Below the pieces are notes generated by a model. It was not told the origin of the DNA and did not search any database. It worked only from the letters and a program-made list of their open reading frames with translations. 64,000 nucleotides of DNA. Origin: Octopus sinensis. Its lineage: Eukaryota. This document shows, in pieces, positions 1 to 13,561 of this stretch. How positions within the stretch are numbered: position 1 is the stretch's first letter; every line of letters begins with the position of its first letter. Where the stretch lies: contig NC_042998.1 in the NCBI RefSeq assembly GCF_006345805.1, forward strand, positions 172,918,001 through 172,982,000. Direction: 5' to 3'. The translations under genes and the position numbers were made by a program.

Positions 1-1450
1 GGGGCGATAGTTTCCCACAATATTCCCAATTCTTCTATATTTCTTTATAAGTGTTGTCCTCCCAGTCCCTATCCACACTCATTCAATTAGATTGCTAATA
101 TTTCATGCACCGCGTGGCAACTCTTCAGCCAGAAGCCATGAATCTCATTTGGTCCGGGGACTTTCCAGTTAAGCACTTTACCCACTTGTTCTTTCACATC
201 ACCTGTGCTTATGACAATATTCTTTTGTTTCTTTCCTCCTTGTCATTCTGTCTTGTTAATTCCTATTCACATTGCATCCCTCTTATGCGCCATGTTATTT
301 TCCCATAATCCGCTCCAGAACTCCTAGGCTTGATCTGAGTCAGGAGCAACATTTTCCCCATTGTCTTCTTCTATCGTTCGGAAGAATTGCTTCGGACTAT
401 TTTTGAATAATCTGTTCTCGAACTGCTTATTTCTGTTCATAAATATTCTGATCTTCTGGCTCTTCACTATGATCTGTTTTAATTGCTCATCAAACCCGTT
501 CTACCGTATTTTATATTTCTTCTCTAATTTTTCTCGGTTGGTCTTTTTGCCTAGATTTTGCATTGCTCGCATTATGTCTCTTTCAATGCATCGTTTTCAC
601 CATGATTCTTTTGCTCCACCATTTTTTGTTCTCTTTAGTTGTAATTTCTCCTCAACAACTAGTGCAATAGCTCGGAGAAGATTCTTTGTTTGTGTTATGT
701 CCTCCGTCTGTATTTATGCTATGACCGTATTTATATTTCGTGTTACTTAATTTATCATAGTCCTATTTACCCTTCTCATATTCACGGGGATGTTTTCTTC
801 TGGAGCGTTCATCAAGTCGGTGCGTCGTCTTTGAATATCTAGCAATTCATCATCTAGTTGGTTTATTTCATTGCAAGTACACCACCACAATAGCAGGATT
901 CACTGTATAACGTTCCTGTTCTTCATCCTTAACAGCCCCATCACCATTTCCCTGTTCCACTTGTGTATTATTCTCTCTGCTTTCAACTCCTACCTCTGTT
1001 TCCAACGCCAACCATCCTTTGTAGCCCATCCGCAGGGTCTCTCAGACTCTCACTAATCCGAGATATTTCTATTCCAGTTAAGTAACCCTTCACTCTCACT
1101 TGGTTCATTAGTTTATTTTCTGATATTGGACACATGTCCTTTCCATCCAAAATCTCGAGGTACGTCGGCCTACTGCACGATTTCTTTCCAGCTTTTTCTT
1201 TTTCATGACAGTCAATAAGTGTGTATCGTACTCTTCCTTCATCTACTTATGTCTGTTTTTGCGAACACCGTGTATGTGATCTGTTATGACATAAAGGCCG
1301 TTCGTGGTCAGATCAGTGTTCCTGATGTGGGCGGTTTCGGACTGCCGAGAGGGAATCCTTCACCATGATCGGCTAAATCTCCATTCCCGCCGTTAATTTT
1401 TCCATTGTTGTGCTCATGGGGTTCCCACGAGAATTGTTGTTGAGAACCCA
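1..1450 (-). mobile_element. R4/Dong-like RLE non-LTR retrotransposon, 5' part, decayed and running off the window edge
   Basis: The minus strand near 130-185 reads VGKVLNWKVPGPNEIHGFWLK, matching the RT-proximal NWKxPGPDG motif also seen at 23170. N-terminal remnants resemble the copy at 20745. The putative 5' end lies near 1450, next to (CA)n. Confidence 0.75.
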
Positions 1451-1459
1451 TCTCTCTCT

Positions 1460-1511
<52 letters not shown>

Positions 1512-1559
1512 CACACACACATACACACACACAAACACACACACACATATATATAAATA

Positions 1560-1945
1560 ACGTGCTTGCATTGAATCGCCTCCATAACAAGACTGATTAT
1601 CATTATCAGCATCGTTCTACCTAAAGCATTTAAAAATGTCAATAATAATATGGGACCCGGAATATTGCTGCAGCTCTTCGTCACTCTTTATTAAATACTC
1701 GGCTAGCGTTCTCCTTTCACTCCTTATACAATGATCTATACTAATTGTCCCCATTCTTTCTTTTCATATATAATCTGTTAACGCTTGCAGTTATCTCTTA
1801 ATACTATCTTTTGCGCTCCCTGCATAAATAGTAATCCAGGGATCATTGTCAACTAATTTTTAGTTCCTTTACTGATCATTTGAAGCGCTCCCACAAATAC
1901 TGGTATTGTAACCGTCTTGAGATGCTAACTTTGCTCCAGCTCCTA
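1560..1945 (-). mobile_element. Decayed RLE-LINE 3' fragment
   Basis: The minus strand reads KTVTIPVFVGAL, like the C-terminal 'VPVIVGALG' motif of the other Dong-like copies. It abuts a TTA/ATC/AGT microsatellite. Confidence 0.5.
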
Positions 1946-1986
1946 TCGTCATTATTATTATTATCATCATCATCATCATCATCATC

Positions 1987-2036
<50 letters not shown>

Positions 2037-2044
2037 CAGTTGTA

Positions 2045-3750
2045 GTAAAATTCTAATTCCAGAAGATTTTAAAATTTATAACAGAAGCAATAATCTGCTG
2101 GGGAACACTATACTAATATTCAAGTTTAAACGAATCTTCAGACCCCGAGATGACATAACCAGAAAACCTTACGTAATAACCGATACTATAAACCCTATAA
2201 TAGCGCACAGAAACAATAAACTTGTGTAAGAACTACCTCATTTCTGAAAATCAGGGGGCGCTGCAATAAAGACAGTTAAAAACAGCAAAGGTTGCAGAAG
2301 ATAAAACGGGTTTGCGTATTACATGGATTGACTAGCAGAACCCTATTACCAGAACATGTTGATCAACACTATTCAAGAGTAAAATAGAAATATTAATAAG
2401 AAGATATATGAAACATGTCATGAGTAGAAGGAAGACAATTTTGCCGATACGAGTAAAGCAAGTAATTATAAAAATATAAACATTTCCACCAAGAAAGAAA
2501 TTCGCTTAATAAACTCTCTTCTCTCTTTCTGTAAAGCGCGGACATCTTGAAGCTACATGCTAAAACTGACTGAACTCAAAATCAGATGTTATGTTAACGT
2601 AATCAGCCATCTTTGTATATTGATGACCACCAGTTGTATGGTGTAAATGATAAAAATCTAAAAGCCCCACGGCAGAAACTACATTGATTTATCAGAACAA
2701 TTTATTGAGATACGGATTAGATAAATGCAGCAAAGTTACACTGAAGGGAGAAAATTAATTAGGAATACTAATATCATGTTAGATAGGTGTCAGTGAGCTA
2801 GGCAGTGTAAAACACACGTAAATTGAAGGTAAGTTCAAGTATATTATAAATTCATTGGAACAACTTCGCCACTTAACGAAAGGGCAAGACATACACCGTA
2901 TATATTTTAAACCACAAAGGAATGACTGACACAATACCAGAGACAACAATCACAAAGTCAAGTAAAACTGTTGCAACTGATGCAGTATAGAATGACTAGT
3001 CTACAGTTTTACAAAACAATGTTTCGCTCACCTCAGGAACACAGAGGTGCACCTGTTGATGTAGTAGAAACTCGCATGAAAGTGTCAAACATAATGAAGA
3101 AACAAGAAGTTTAGACCAAACACAGACGAACAAATACATAAGAATTAGTGAATTAGACAGACTACACAACAGAAACTAAAGAAAATACTAGAAAGAAATA
3201 TTATACACACATAGATTATTACGCGAAATGGAGTTAAAAGCAATAAATACCGAAATAGATATCAATAGACAAGCTCTTACTGTAAAAAGTCAGTTATAAT
3301 GTTTTTAACTGTAGCTAAATGAAATGGAGAGACTAGACAGAAAATAATAAAAAGTAAAATAATGTCTGTATTTAGAATATTCCACCTAAAATTAAGTAAG
3401 ATTCTGTTTACCATTAATACAGGGAATTAGGAACCTTACGCAACTAGAAAACTATTATAAAACACCGATTATATAACTAAAAGAATATTTAGCAAGAAAC
3501 AATAGAAAGTCATTCAAAAGTGATCAAATAGTTCCAAAACACGAACACATGTAAAACCGTTTTCTGTTATGAAAGAAAGCAACAAATAAAAAACCGATGT
3601 GAGTTTATAGAGGAAATAAAAAAAAAATAGTGTTAATGAAATTAAGAGGAAGGGGAACGAATTCATTAAAAGAAAATTAACAGAAGAACAAGAAAATTAA
3701 TTACGAATAGATTGCTAATTACTAAAACAGACCCGGGAAAAGAAGACATC
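2045..3750 (+). mobile_element. Highly decayed R4/Dong-like RT region
   Basis: A TWID remnant (AWIDY motif) lies at ~2320 and an ISH-L-YIDD catalytic motif remnant at ~2600-2630. There are many stops and frameshifts. Confidence 0.65.
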
Positions 3751-3858
3751 AAGAGCGTATGTTTAGCATTGAAATGACAGCAACGACTTGTTCAACTGCG
3801 AAACATTCTACCGTAGTTACTGCTGATTTACACGCGCACGCACACACACACACACAGC

Positions 3859-3900
<42 letters not shown>

Positions 3901-3978
3901 AGCAGACACATGCACCCACGTACACACACACGCAAGCAGACACATGCACCCACGTACACACACGCAGGCACACACACA

Positions 3979-4022
<44 letters not shown>

Positions 4023-4049
4023 TATAGGTATATGTATATAAATAGTAAT

Positions 4050-4430
4050 GTGGAGGCACAATGGCCTAGTAGTAATGGCAGTGGGCTCGTGGTCGTAGGA
4101 TCGCGGTTTCGATTCTCAGACCGGGCGTTGTGAGTGTTTATTGAGCGAAAACACCTAAAACTCCACGAGGCTCTGACAGGAGTGGTGGTGAATCCTGCTG
4201 TACTCTTTCACCACAACTTTCTCTCACTCTTTCTTCCTGTTACTATTGTACCTGTATTTCGAAAGGCCAGCATTGTCACACTCTGTGTCACGCTGAATCG
4301 CCCTGAGAACTACGTTAAGAGTACACGTGTCTGTGGAGTACTCAGCCACTTGTACGTTAATTTCACGAGTAGGCTGTTCCGTTGATCGGATCAACTGGTA
4401 TTCTTGTCGTCGAAACCGACGGAGAGCCAC
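4050..4430 (+). mobile_element. tRNA-derived SINE, family A
   Basis: tRNA-like head with A box (TGGCCTAGTAG) and B box (GTTTCGATTC). A homologous copy lies at 63781-63950. Confidence 0.8.
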
Positions 4431-5780
4431 GATATATAACTATAATACTATATCATAATATATATTCTCCGTAACTTACAAAACATTTATATATCATTTA
4501 CGAAAGTAGTGTGGAAGTTGATCCTAAATTCACAGTCCTTTAAATAGTATAAAAATAGTTCGTAAATGCCCGCACAAAATTTTCTTTACTCGTTTTTACT
4601 TGGTTGCAACTTTGTCCCTGGACATCCAGAATTCTAGAATACAGTGATGTCTCAAATACACTTTAAGAAATCGATATCGATTCACAACTTTTTGTATTCA
4701 AGGTTTCTTCAAGTATGTACGATATGTAAATATTTCATATCTTATTGTTTTGAAGCAGTCATTCGAGTTAAAAGCGTATAATAAAATGAGAGGTGCATTA
4801 TTGATTTCGTTGATGTGAGACATATTTTATACGTGAACTTAATACGGGTTATATGATGTCGAAATGTTTCTCAAAATCATGAGTTCGCAAATAACGTGAT
4901 TTCACTTCAATCGGAAATCGAAGCCAATTTCTGAACTCGGCTGATTACCAAGAATTTTATGTTGGCTTAGTGTCAAAAGGGAAAGCTTTATGTTAACTTA
5001 TGTTTATAAACTTTATCGTTAGAAATAATTCAGATGTTATTGGAGATTCTACTGAATGTTGCTGTGGTCTGATAAAACGTTATCGAAGTCTTGTATAATG
5101 TACGGAGAAAGGGGATAATTTCATGAGGAACCAACGCCTAAATGAGGAGGATATCTCCTTAAACATTATCATTATAAGCTTTAATAGTCGGTTTAATACG
5201 ATCTCATCTCTGAACCGTTTCTCGTTTTTGTACTGGCCAAATATTACCAAATACTTCTTTCACAAACCAACGAAAATTATATATTGTCGGTTAGCAGAAA
5301 ACGGTAGGATGCCAGACTGATGTGGTACAATATTTATGATATTTATGTATGTGCGTTGTGTTGAAATAAAACCCCCACTGTTTAAAATAAACTTAGTGCA
5401 TTAAATTTGACATAAGTATTCAGAAATCAAATATACACACATGGTGTATACACACGGTTGATGTGTTGAAAGATTCTGAGAGTTAAATGCATGTCTTATA
5501 TACACTAATTTAAATGTTCCTGACAACAACTAAAGTTCCACGTTTCAAGCCGTAGTCTCTTTACTGTTTTCGATTATCATTTGTATTGTTTCATTCGACT
5601 CTTGACTATTTGGGATTTTACAGCTTGATCAAAACTTTGTCGGCTTTCATCTCTGGAACCTCAAATCAATACGTTGGCTTCACAAATAAAATACATACCT
5701 ACATGCATGCATACGTACATATATACACACATACATTCATACACACATATATGTATAGGTATGTACGTATATACGTATAT

Positions 5781-5812
<32 letters not shown>

Positions 5813-5931
5813 GACTTATACACGCACACACATATATATGCATATCCATACTTAACTTTGATTTTAGTGCATGGAATGTCTGTGTAAGCGTGTGCGCAAA
5901 TGTGTACACACATGCACACGCAAACATCTAT

Positions 5932-5975
<44 letters not shown>

Positions 5976-6102
5976 AAACATTACAGACATATGGTCATAA
6001 AAATTTAGAATTTTTCAGCATAAAATCACGCAGCCAATTATTATAACGTATACATACGAAGTCTTTATTTATGTGTACAGTATATGCATGTAAATAGGGT
6101 AT

Positions 6103-6331
6103 TACTCTTTACTCTTTTTACTCGTTTACTTGTTTCAGTCATTTGACTGTGGCCATGCTGGAGCACCACCTTTAGTCGAGCAAATCGACCCCAGCACATA
6201 TTCTTTGTAGGCCTACTACTTATTCTATCGGTATCTTTTGCCGAACCGCTAAGTTACGGGGACGTAAACACACCAGCATCGGTTGTCAAGCGATGATAAG
6301 AGGACACACAAACATATACACATACACGTAC

Positions 6332-6394
<63 letters not shown>

Positions 6395-6549
6395 TACATA
6401 TATACGACGGGCTTCTTTTAGTTTCCGTCTACCAAATCCATTCGAGGCTATAGTAGAAGACACTTGCCCAAGGCACCACGCAGTGGTACTGAACCCGGAA
6501 CCATGTGGTTCGTAAGGAAGCTACTTACTACACAGTCACTCCTACACCT
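6103..6549 (-). mobile_element. tRNA-derived SINE, family B (CORE-like CCTTGGGCAAGT), with internal (TA/CA)n
   Basis: Minus-strand head GGTGTAGGAGTGACTGTGTAGTAAG...CCGGGTTCAGT, followed by CCTTGGGCAAGTGTCTTCT and an AAGAGT-type tail. Closely similar to 11872-12281. Confidence 0.85.
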
Positions 6550-7825
6550 ATATATATATATATATACACGCCTACGTATAATCTTTTGAGGGCACATAAT
6601 TGAGCTTACTTGTGTATAATTGTGCGCTTATATATGTATGCGTATGTGAATCTGTGTGCAAATGAATTTGTGTGTGAATATGTATGCATTTATATATGCC
6701 TGTATGTGTGTGCTTCTATGTACTTATGCGTGCACGTATGCATTTATGAATTTATATTTACGTGTTTTTACAAGCACGTCTGTACGTATATATAATCGCC
6801 CTATAAATTTACTCGCGATTATATGAATCAGTTTATTAGATTCTCGTTATTTGTCTTTGTTTCACTGGGTTAATGGACACATATTGAAAAATATTACATT
6901 ATAACGTGATATTCTAATGTATTTTGGTAGTTTTGATATCATAAATTTATTTCCAACTATATAATAAGAAATGTTTTGATTTATAATTTAGTCTATTAAC
7001 ACGCAAAATTCCCTTGTATCACTTATGTTGCTTTACAGATACAAAATAATCACATATATATTCTCCTCTGCGTATTGAGTTTAACTTATCTTTTTTGAAC
7101 CACCTTAAATCCCATCTGTGTATAAGCGAAACGAGTTTTTATTTTTCATATTTCACTTACTTGGCATTTATTAAAACGATGTTACAATAGAGAATGTATC
7201 TTAGATATCGCACTCGAAGTTACTTGCTATACTTTTCGCCTCGCTATAATTTGTCTCCTCCGTGTTTTGGCCTTATCGGAAAAAGGGGACTTAAATAGAT
7301 AATATAGGGTGTGAGAATCGGCACACAGTTGCACAGTAGCACAAAGACTTTCTGATTTCTGCCAAGATCACCCTGTCTTTTTTCCCACTTCACTTTATCG
7401 ACCCCGCTAAGTTGAATTTTCAAACCTTCCCCTTCCAAATCTGGGGTTTTAGCCTGGATTAGAACCACCGTTATGATTGTAGTTATTTAGTTTCAAATTA
7501 GTCACGTTCGAGTACATTTATAATCAAAGGTCTTCAAGTCCTGGTTTGCTTTTAATGCTTTTCTATACCAGGAACTACATTTCCAATCCGTCCTCTATCG
7601 TTTAAGATAATATGTGACTTTTAGTTGACCTTCGCGGTCCCAGCATGTTGAGCGGCTGCATAGAAGTTTGCTCCTAGTCCATATAATTAGCATCAACATT
7701 ATATAGTCTCGAGCCGATCAAAGCTTTTTGAGTGGATTTGGTAAAAGAAACTGAAAGAAGCCCTTTTAAAAGAGTATGTATATATTTATATATATATATA
7801 ATATATATATATATATAAATACATA

Positions 7826-7860
<35 letters not shown>

Positions 7861-7914
7861 ATGTATGTATGTATGTATGTATGTATGTATGTATGTATGT
7901 ATGTATGTATATAT

Positions 7915-8110
7915 ATGGCTCTCTCAGACATGCCCTCAGCAGCTCAGATAGTCAGTCTTGCTAGCTATGCAGAAGACACAGCTGTCTCTCAGAAAATGCA
8001 CATCTGCAACGGAAATTGGACGCATTATAAGGAGGACTGAAGACAACAACATGCAGTTTAATACAGGGAAATTCCAACCCTTGTGCTACCAGATGAACGA
8101 CATGCAGACA
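7915..8110 (+). mobile_element. CR1/L2-like LINE RT fragment
   Basis: ASYAEDT (YADD-like motif) followed by NNMQFNTGKFQ (xFNxxK motif). Confidence 0.6.
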
Positions 8111-8816
8111 GCTTATATATAAAAGTTTCTATTTAGCGCTTAAATTGGTCTATATATCCTTCTAATCTTATCTGGTTCCTATGTCCCTTTCTAAACTTTT
8201 TCAAAAAATTACTTTTATTATTATACAACATATAATACATAGATGTTGTTATACCTTGATTATAACCGTTTTCTCTCTCTGTGCCCTTAATGTTTATCTA
8301 GATCACATTGTAGTGCCCTACGTTTCATAGTGTAGGCCCATTTTACTGAAATTAATGGAAAGAGTTTATATCACCACCACTACCCTACCTCTTTGTTTGG
8401 GCATTTACCACTAATCTAATTGACTCCTTCTAAGATTTGTTTCTTTATGTGGCCTGGGGAACTTATAGCCATAAAAAATTAAGATTCGAGAAAATATATA
8501 ATAACATTTATTCATGACCAGCAACTAGTTCTGATATTTCAACTCCAAGTAATCATAATCCTCAACAAACGCAGTCTAGTAGCTGCATTAGATCTTTTGA
8601 TGGTGATAAGGAAATAAATGAAAACTAGAAGTGAATTACAATCACATGACCCCTAATATGATCCATTCATGCCACTCCAAAATTGTAGTTGTTTTTCTCT
8701 TAGTTTATTTCTGCTACAATACTGGCAGCATGGAATTCTTTCATTTTCTAGCTCTGATAAAATATTTGCAAAAAATTATATTAGTATATCTTGTCTGTTG
8801 AAAGCCCATATTTTTT

Positions 8817-8898
8817 CAACTGAAGATGGCACTGTATTTTAAACTGATGCCCGATTGCATTGTTCGATTAAATAGAGCTACCTGAAACAGTTGTATTG
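8817..8898 (+). ncRNA. Type I hammerhead-like motif in a Penelope-like relic (~8120-9030)
   Basis: CAA-CTGAAGA-[long stem II]-GAAAC-AGTT-GTA-TTG. Stem I is CAA/TTG, stem III is near-palindromic and the cleavage triplet is GUA. Confidence 0.55.
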
Positions 8899-9922
8899 CA
8901 TTAATACTTTGACATTCTTGTTACTTATTTGATTTTTATTCACCTTACTCCGAGCTGTGCAGATAATACCGGATTGACCTGGTGCCTCAACTTAAGTACC
9001 TAATTCAACTGAATCTAAATAATTTCTTATATATATATATATATATAAATTAAGGAAATAATCATTAAAATCATTATATTAAATAATTATATTAGTGGTT
9101 AGTCACTGATATAGTCATTCTAATGACTATATCCTTAATTTATAAGTATAAATAATTTTTGAGTTCTCTGGTCAGTATATTATGCTTGTGGTTGTATTTA
9201 CCCAGGATGATTTCTGACATTAACCACATAGTCGAGATGGGCTGTTAGATGAAATGTATATGCGGGAAATGCATTTATTTATTGAAATTTACGAATGAAT
9301 TTTTCGGTATGTATATGTATTTTTGTTTATATGTTTATCAGTATATATCTACTGAGGATTGCAGAGCATGAATTCTTAAGATATAGAATCATCGGAAATT
9401 TTGTTTACCTTCTTGCCCGTTTTTTCGCATTCAACATAGGGTAATAAAACTAGAAAACTGCTTTGGGGTGGTTTGTAGCTATTTGGCATCTACTCTTTAG
9501 CTGATATTCCAGAGCCCTTAATATAAATTAAGGTATAGAAAAAAATTCAGCTTATCAAATTTCGATATGGGAAAAGCCTACAACCTTCGACACCAATAAA
9601 TTGATATTGTTCCAGAACGTTGACATTTATACCTACCATGGGCTCCGCGATGCTTACAAACTTCGTACACTCTGAACCTTAGATCATATAATTATATATA
9701 TATATATATATATATAGGGATGGTATTATTAAAATACCATCACGAGTGGCAAGCGAATTATCAGGGCACTACAAGAGCACCTACATAATTAAAAAATAGA
9801 AGTCAAAAATACTTCTGTACCACCAAATAGTCACAAAATCTACTACATACATGATAGGAAAAATATCAGGGAACAATAATAACGTCTTACCTCTACTGGA
9901 TCAGATCAAATAAATGTTTATC

Positions 9923-9984
9923 AACTTGGTACCAGTTTCGAAATTTAGCGCCAAATAGGTGCCTGATTTCTCATTAGCCAAAGT
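9923..9984 (-). ncRNA. Minimal type I hammerhead motif (core CUAAUGA, G5 mutated)
   Basis: The reverse complement reads ACTTTGG-CTAATGA-GAAAT...ATTTC-GAAAC-TG-GTA-CCAAGTT. Confidence 0.65.
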
Positions 9985-10180
9985 CTGCCAGCTAATTATT
10001 ACTAAAATTCTTCCCCACCTTGCCAGCAAAAGTTCGTTTGAAGTGGAACAAACAAATAATACCATCCCTATATTTATATATAAATAATTTCACACATTTC
10101 GTTCGTTCCTATAGTGCTTGGTCATTTAAACGAACTTTTACAGGCATTGTGGGGGAGGATTTTGTAGTAATTAGCTGGCA

Positions 10181-10243
10181 AACTTTGGCTTATGAGAAAT
10201 CAGACACCTATTTGGCGCTAAATTTCGAAACCGGTACCAAGTT
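10181..10243 (+). ncRNA. Minimal type I hammerhead motif (core CUUAUGA, G5 mutated)
   Basis: AACTTTGG-CTTATGA-GAAAT...ATTTC-GAAAC-CG-GTA-CCAAGTT, with palindromic stem III ACCGGT. Confidence 0.65.
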
Positions 10244-10424
10244 GACCAGCATATACTTGTTCTGACCCAGTAGAGGTAAGATATTATTATTGTTCACTGA
10301 TATTTTTTCCTATCATGTCTGTAGTAGATTTGTGACTATTCGGTATAGAAGTATTTTTGACTTCTATTTTTTAACGATGTAGTTGCTCATGTAGTGCCCT
10401 TGTGTACATATGTACATATCTAAT

Positions 10425-10491
<67 letters not shown>

Positions 10492-10499
10492 GATCTAAA

Positions 10500-11560
10500 G
10501 ACCGAGGATTATTTTAATGAATCACAAGGATGATTTTTATGGTAACCCTAATGTTAAATTGACTTGCCCAGGGAAATCTAAGCGACGGGCTCTGCAAGTT
10601 ACAAATTTGGTTAGTATTTATATATTTTTTATATTTATATTTAATGGCGGTGCTCCAGCATAGCCACAGCTCGTGAGCTGAAACTAGATGAAATGAAAAA
10701 AATGAAAATATATTTATATTGGGAATGCATTTTCAAAACAGCTTGCGGGAGGTTAGTATTTATATACTTTTTATCTTGGAAAAGGATTTTCCTGAACTTT
10801 CGGGAGGTTTATAGGGAGATGATGCCCTTTTTACCATTGGGTACCTATCTAATAGGAAACCTGAACTATATATGAAATATTTGGACACTTTATAACGATA
10901 GAAATTAAACGTGAATCAATTAACTTCCTAGACGTTAATATTATTCTCATTACTGTCAATTGTGAACCATACCACAAGTCTATCTCCAATCTTAAGTATA
11001 TTAATGTCGGAAGTAATCATTCTGGTTCTGTTAAAGATATTTTAGTTTATAATATCTCTAAAAGAATTTCTAATCTATCGTCAAATAAGGATATTTTTGA
11101 CAAAAATTCTTACTTATAATATGACACTCAGCAAAGCTGGGTATAAAGAAACGTTGAAGTATTATCCTAAAAACATGAACATCAGCATCTCTAACAACAT
11201 CGATGGTATACAAAGTATGGGGATCAAAGTATTACTTTGTTTATCTAATGGTAATCATATGGCTAGGATTATGTATACAAGAATAATTTAACAAACCACG
11301 TATGTCAATAATAAGGTTCGGAAATATGAAAATGATAATGCATCTCTTGATAGGAACATCATTTAGTTTATAATTCCATTCGCTAAGTAAATTAAGAATA
11401 ATTTGGTCATGACCTTATGCAAACTTTTTTCTAAACGCTTTACAAAGGAAAGTAGATATTACGATATTATTAACCGTAGGTTTCTTAGAGCTGCCTTTTC
11501 TGTATCGAATAATTTGTTTCAAATTATATCTTCAATTAACGAAATAAATGTATCTAATTT
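10500..11560 (+). pseudogene. Penelope-like element reverse transcriptase remnant, internally deleted and interrupted by a SINE tail at ~10645-10705
   Basis: Translated pieces HKDDFYGNPNVKLTCPGKS, INFLDVNI, YINVGSNHS, KRISNLSSNKDIF, LSKAGYKETLKY and RNII..IPF match PLE RT motifs (HKENF..NP..RLINPAKS, NFLD, YI...SNHP, RNIIWFNPPF). Confidence 0.8.
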
Positions 11561-11871
11561 TTATAACATATATAACCGTTTTAAATGCAACAATAGAAAT
11601 GCTCCTGGAATAAAATGTTAGTAAGAAATGTATACTTGAGTCGTCTAGTGTACAAGAGGAAACATCCCAATTTAAATTCCATCTCAGCCGCTGGAATATA
11701 GGTAAGGTGGTAAATAGCAATCATACTGAATGGAATGACATAAAACAGAATAATAGATAGGTAGGTAGACAGAGTGACACATTCATTTATGTATATATAT
11801 ATGTATCAATACACTTAGTTCCTTGGATCTTATAATTACATATGAATATATATATATATATATATATATAC

Positions 11872-12281
11872 ACTCTTTTACTCTTTTACTCTTTTACTTG
11901 TTTCAGTCATTTGACTGCGGCCATGCCTTTAGTCGAGCAAATCGATCCCAGGACTTATTCTTTGTAAGCCCAGTACTTATTCTATCGATCCCTTTTGCCG
12001 AACCGCTAAGTGACGGGGACGTAAACACACCAGCATCAGTTGTCAAGCAATGCTAGGGGGACAAACACAAACACACAAACACATACACACACACACACAC
12101 ATATATATACATATATACGACAGGCTTCTTTCAGTTTCTGTCTACCAAATCCACTCACAAGGCACTGGTCAGCCCGGGGCTATAGCAGAAGACACTTGCC
12201 CAAGATGCCACGCAGTGTGACTGAACCCGGAACCATGTGGTTGGTTAGCCAGCTACTTACCACACAGCCACTCCTGCGCCT
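11872..12281 (-). mobile_element. tRNA-derived SINE, family B
   Basis: Head GGCGCAGGAGTGGCTGTGTGGTAAG...CCGGGTTCAGTC; homologous to 6103-6549. Confidence 0.85.
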
Positions 12282-13192
12282 ATATATATATTATATATAT
12301 ATATATATATTTGTGTGTGTGTGTATAGATACTTAGATAAATGGACAGATAGTCTCACATATTCATTTTTAGATATGTGTTCATGTTTATGCGTCTGCTT
12401 GTATATGTTCAATGGAGAGTGCATACAGAAAATCGATTGAATCACACATTTTCCATTTTCGTTGAAAATATTTAAACTTTGTCGGATTCTTGTAAATAGC
12501 TAGAAGGAATTGATCTGGTCATCATATGATTGTGAAGAAAACCAACGGTATGAGAGACATGTCTTGAACTGCCAGATCTAGTATTTAAATAACTTTGGCA
12601 ACATTAAAATTTCTTTGACACATGTCATCCCACAGAACTCTAAATTGTGTAAACTTTCATATTTTGTAGATCTTCTAAGAAGGACTCTTTTTTGCAGACT
12701 CAAATGAGTGTGTTACTATATAGGTCTTCACATACGCATGCCTGCAGATACAAAGTTATTTCGAATGGTAAACAAAATGCGTGTATATGACCACGACATA
12801 TTTTGCCACCCCACCTCACACACACGCATGCACACACACATATATGCACGTATGCACTCACGTGCATGTTCCAGCATGGGAATCGAGTAACGATTATTTC
12901 TTTGACAAAGCAAACATTTTTTCAATTTATTACTGACATAAATATTAATTGTTATATATGTATGTATCTGTGTGTGCGTGAGGGAGAGAGAGAGAGAGAG
13001 ACAGAAAGACAGAGAGACAGGCAGATAGGGGGAGTGAGAGAGAGGGGGAGAGCGACAGAGACAGAGAGAGAAAGAGTGGGTTCTTGAGTCTGCATGTTTG
13101 TGTTTGTGTATGTATGTATAAGGAGAGGTTGAGATAATAAAGAAAAAATATGACGTAGTATTTCTACATCTTATGCTGAAGCTTAATTTCTA

Positions 13193-13400
13193 TTATAAGA
13201 ACAAGGCCTCCAATTTGTAGGAAGGGGGTTAGACGATTGCATCGACCACATTACGTAGCTGGTACTTATTTCACCGACCCTGAAAGACTGAAAAGCAAAA
13301 GTCAACCTCGGCCGGATTTGAATACAATGCATAAATTCGGACGAAAAGCCGCTAAGCATGTTGTCAGATGTGTAAACGATTTTGATATCTCACCCCCTTA
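13193..13400 (-). mobile_element. tRNA-derived SINE, family C (decayed)
   Basis: Reverse-complement homolog of 60405-60624 (GGTCGxTxAAATAAGTACCAG central domain). Confidence 0.65.
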
Positions 13401-13431
13401 CCAAATGATAATAATAATAATGATGATGATG

Positions 13432-13504
<73 letters not shown>

Positions 13505-13506
13505 AC

Positions 13507-13561
<55 letters not shown>

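Larger units (their letters stand above)
9717..10400. mobile_element. Fold-back PLE pseudo-LTR pair (two inverted copies, ~280-bp arms) between (TA)n tracts
   Basis: 9763-10042 is the diverged reverse complement of 10125-10400. Each arm carries an HHR motif, and a Penelope-like RT remnant follows. Confidence 0.8.

Noticed and set aside
4050-4130. tRNA gene (also at 63781 and the other SINE heads)
   Set aside because: The tRNA-like heads continue into repeated SINE bodies and have no proper cloverleaf or terminator.
7244-7468. 74-aa minus-strand ORF in unique-looking sequence
   Set aside because: No recognisable motif or splice support.
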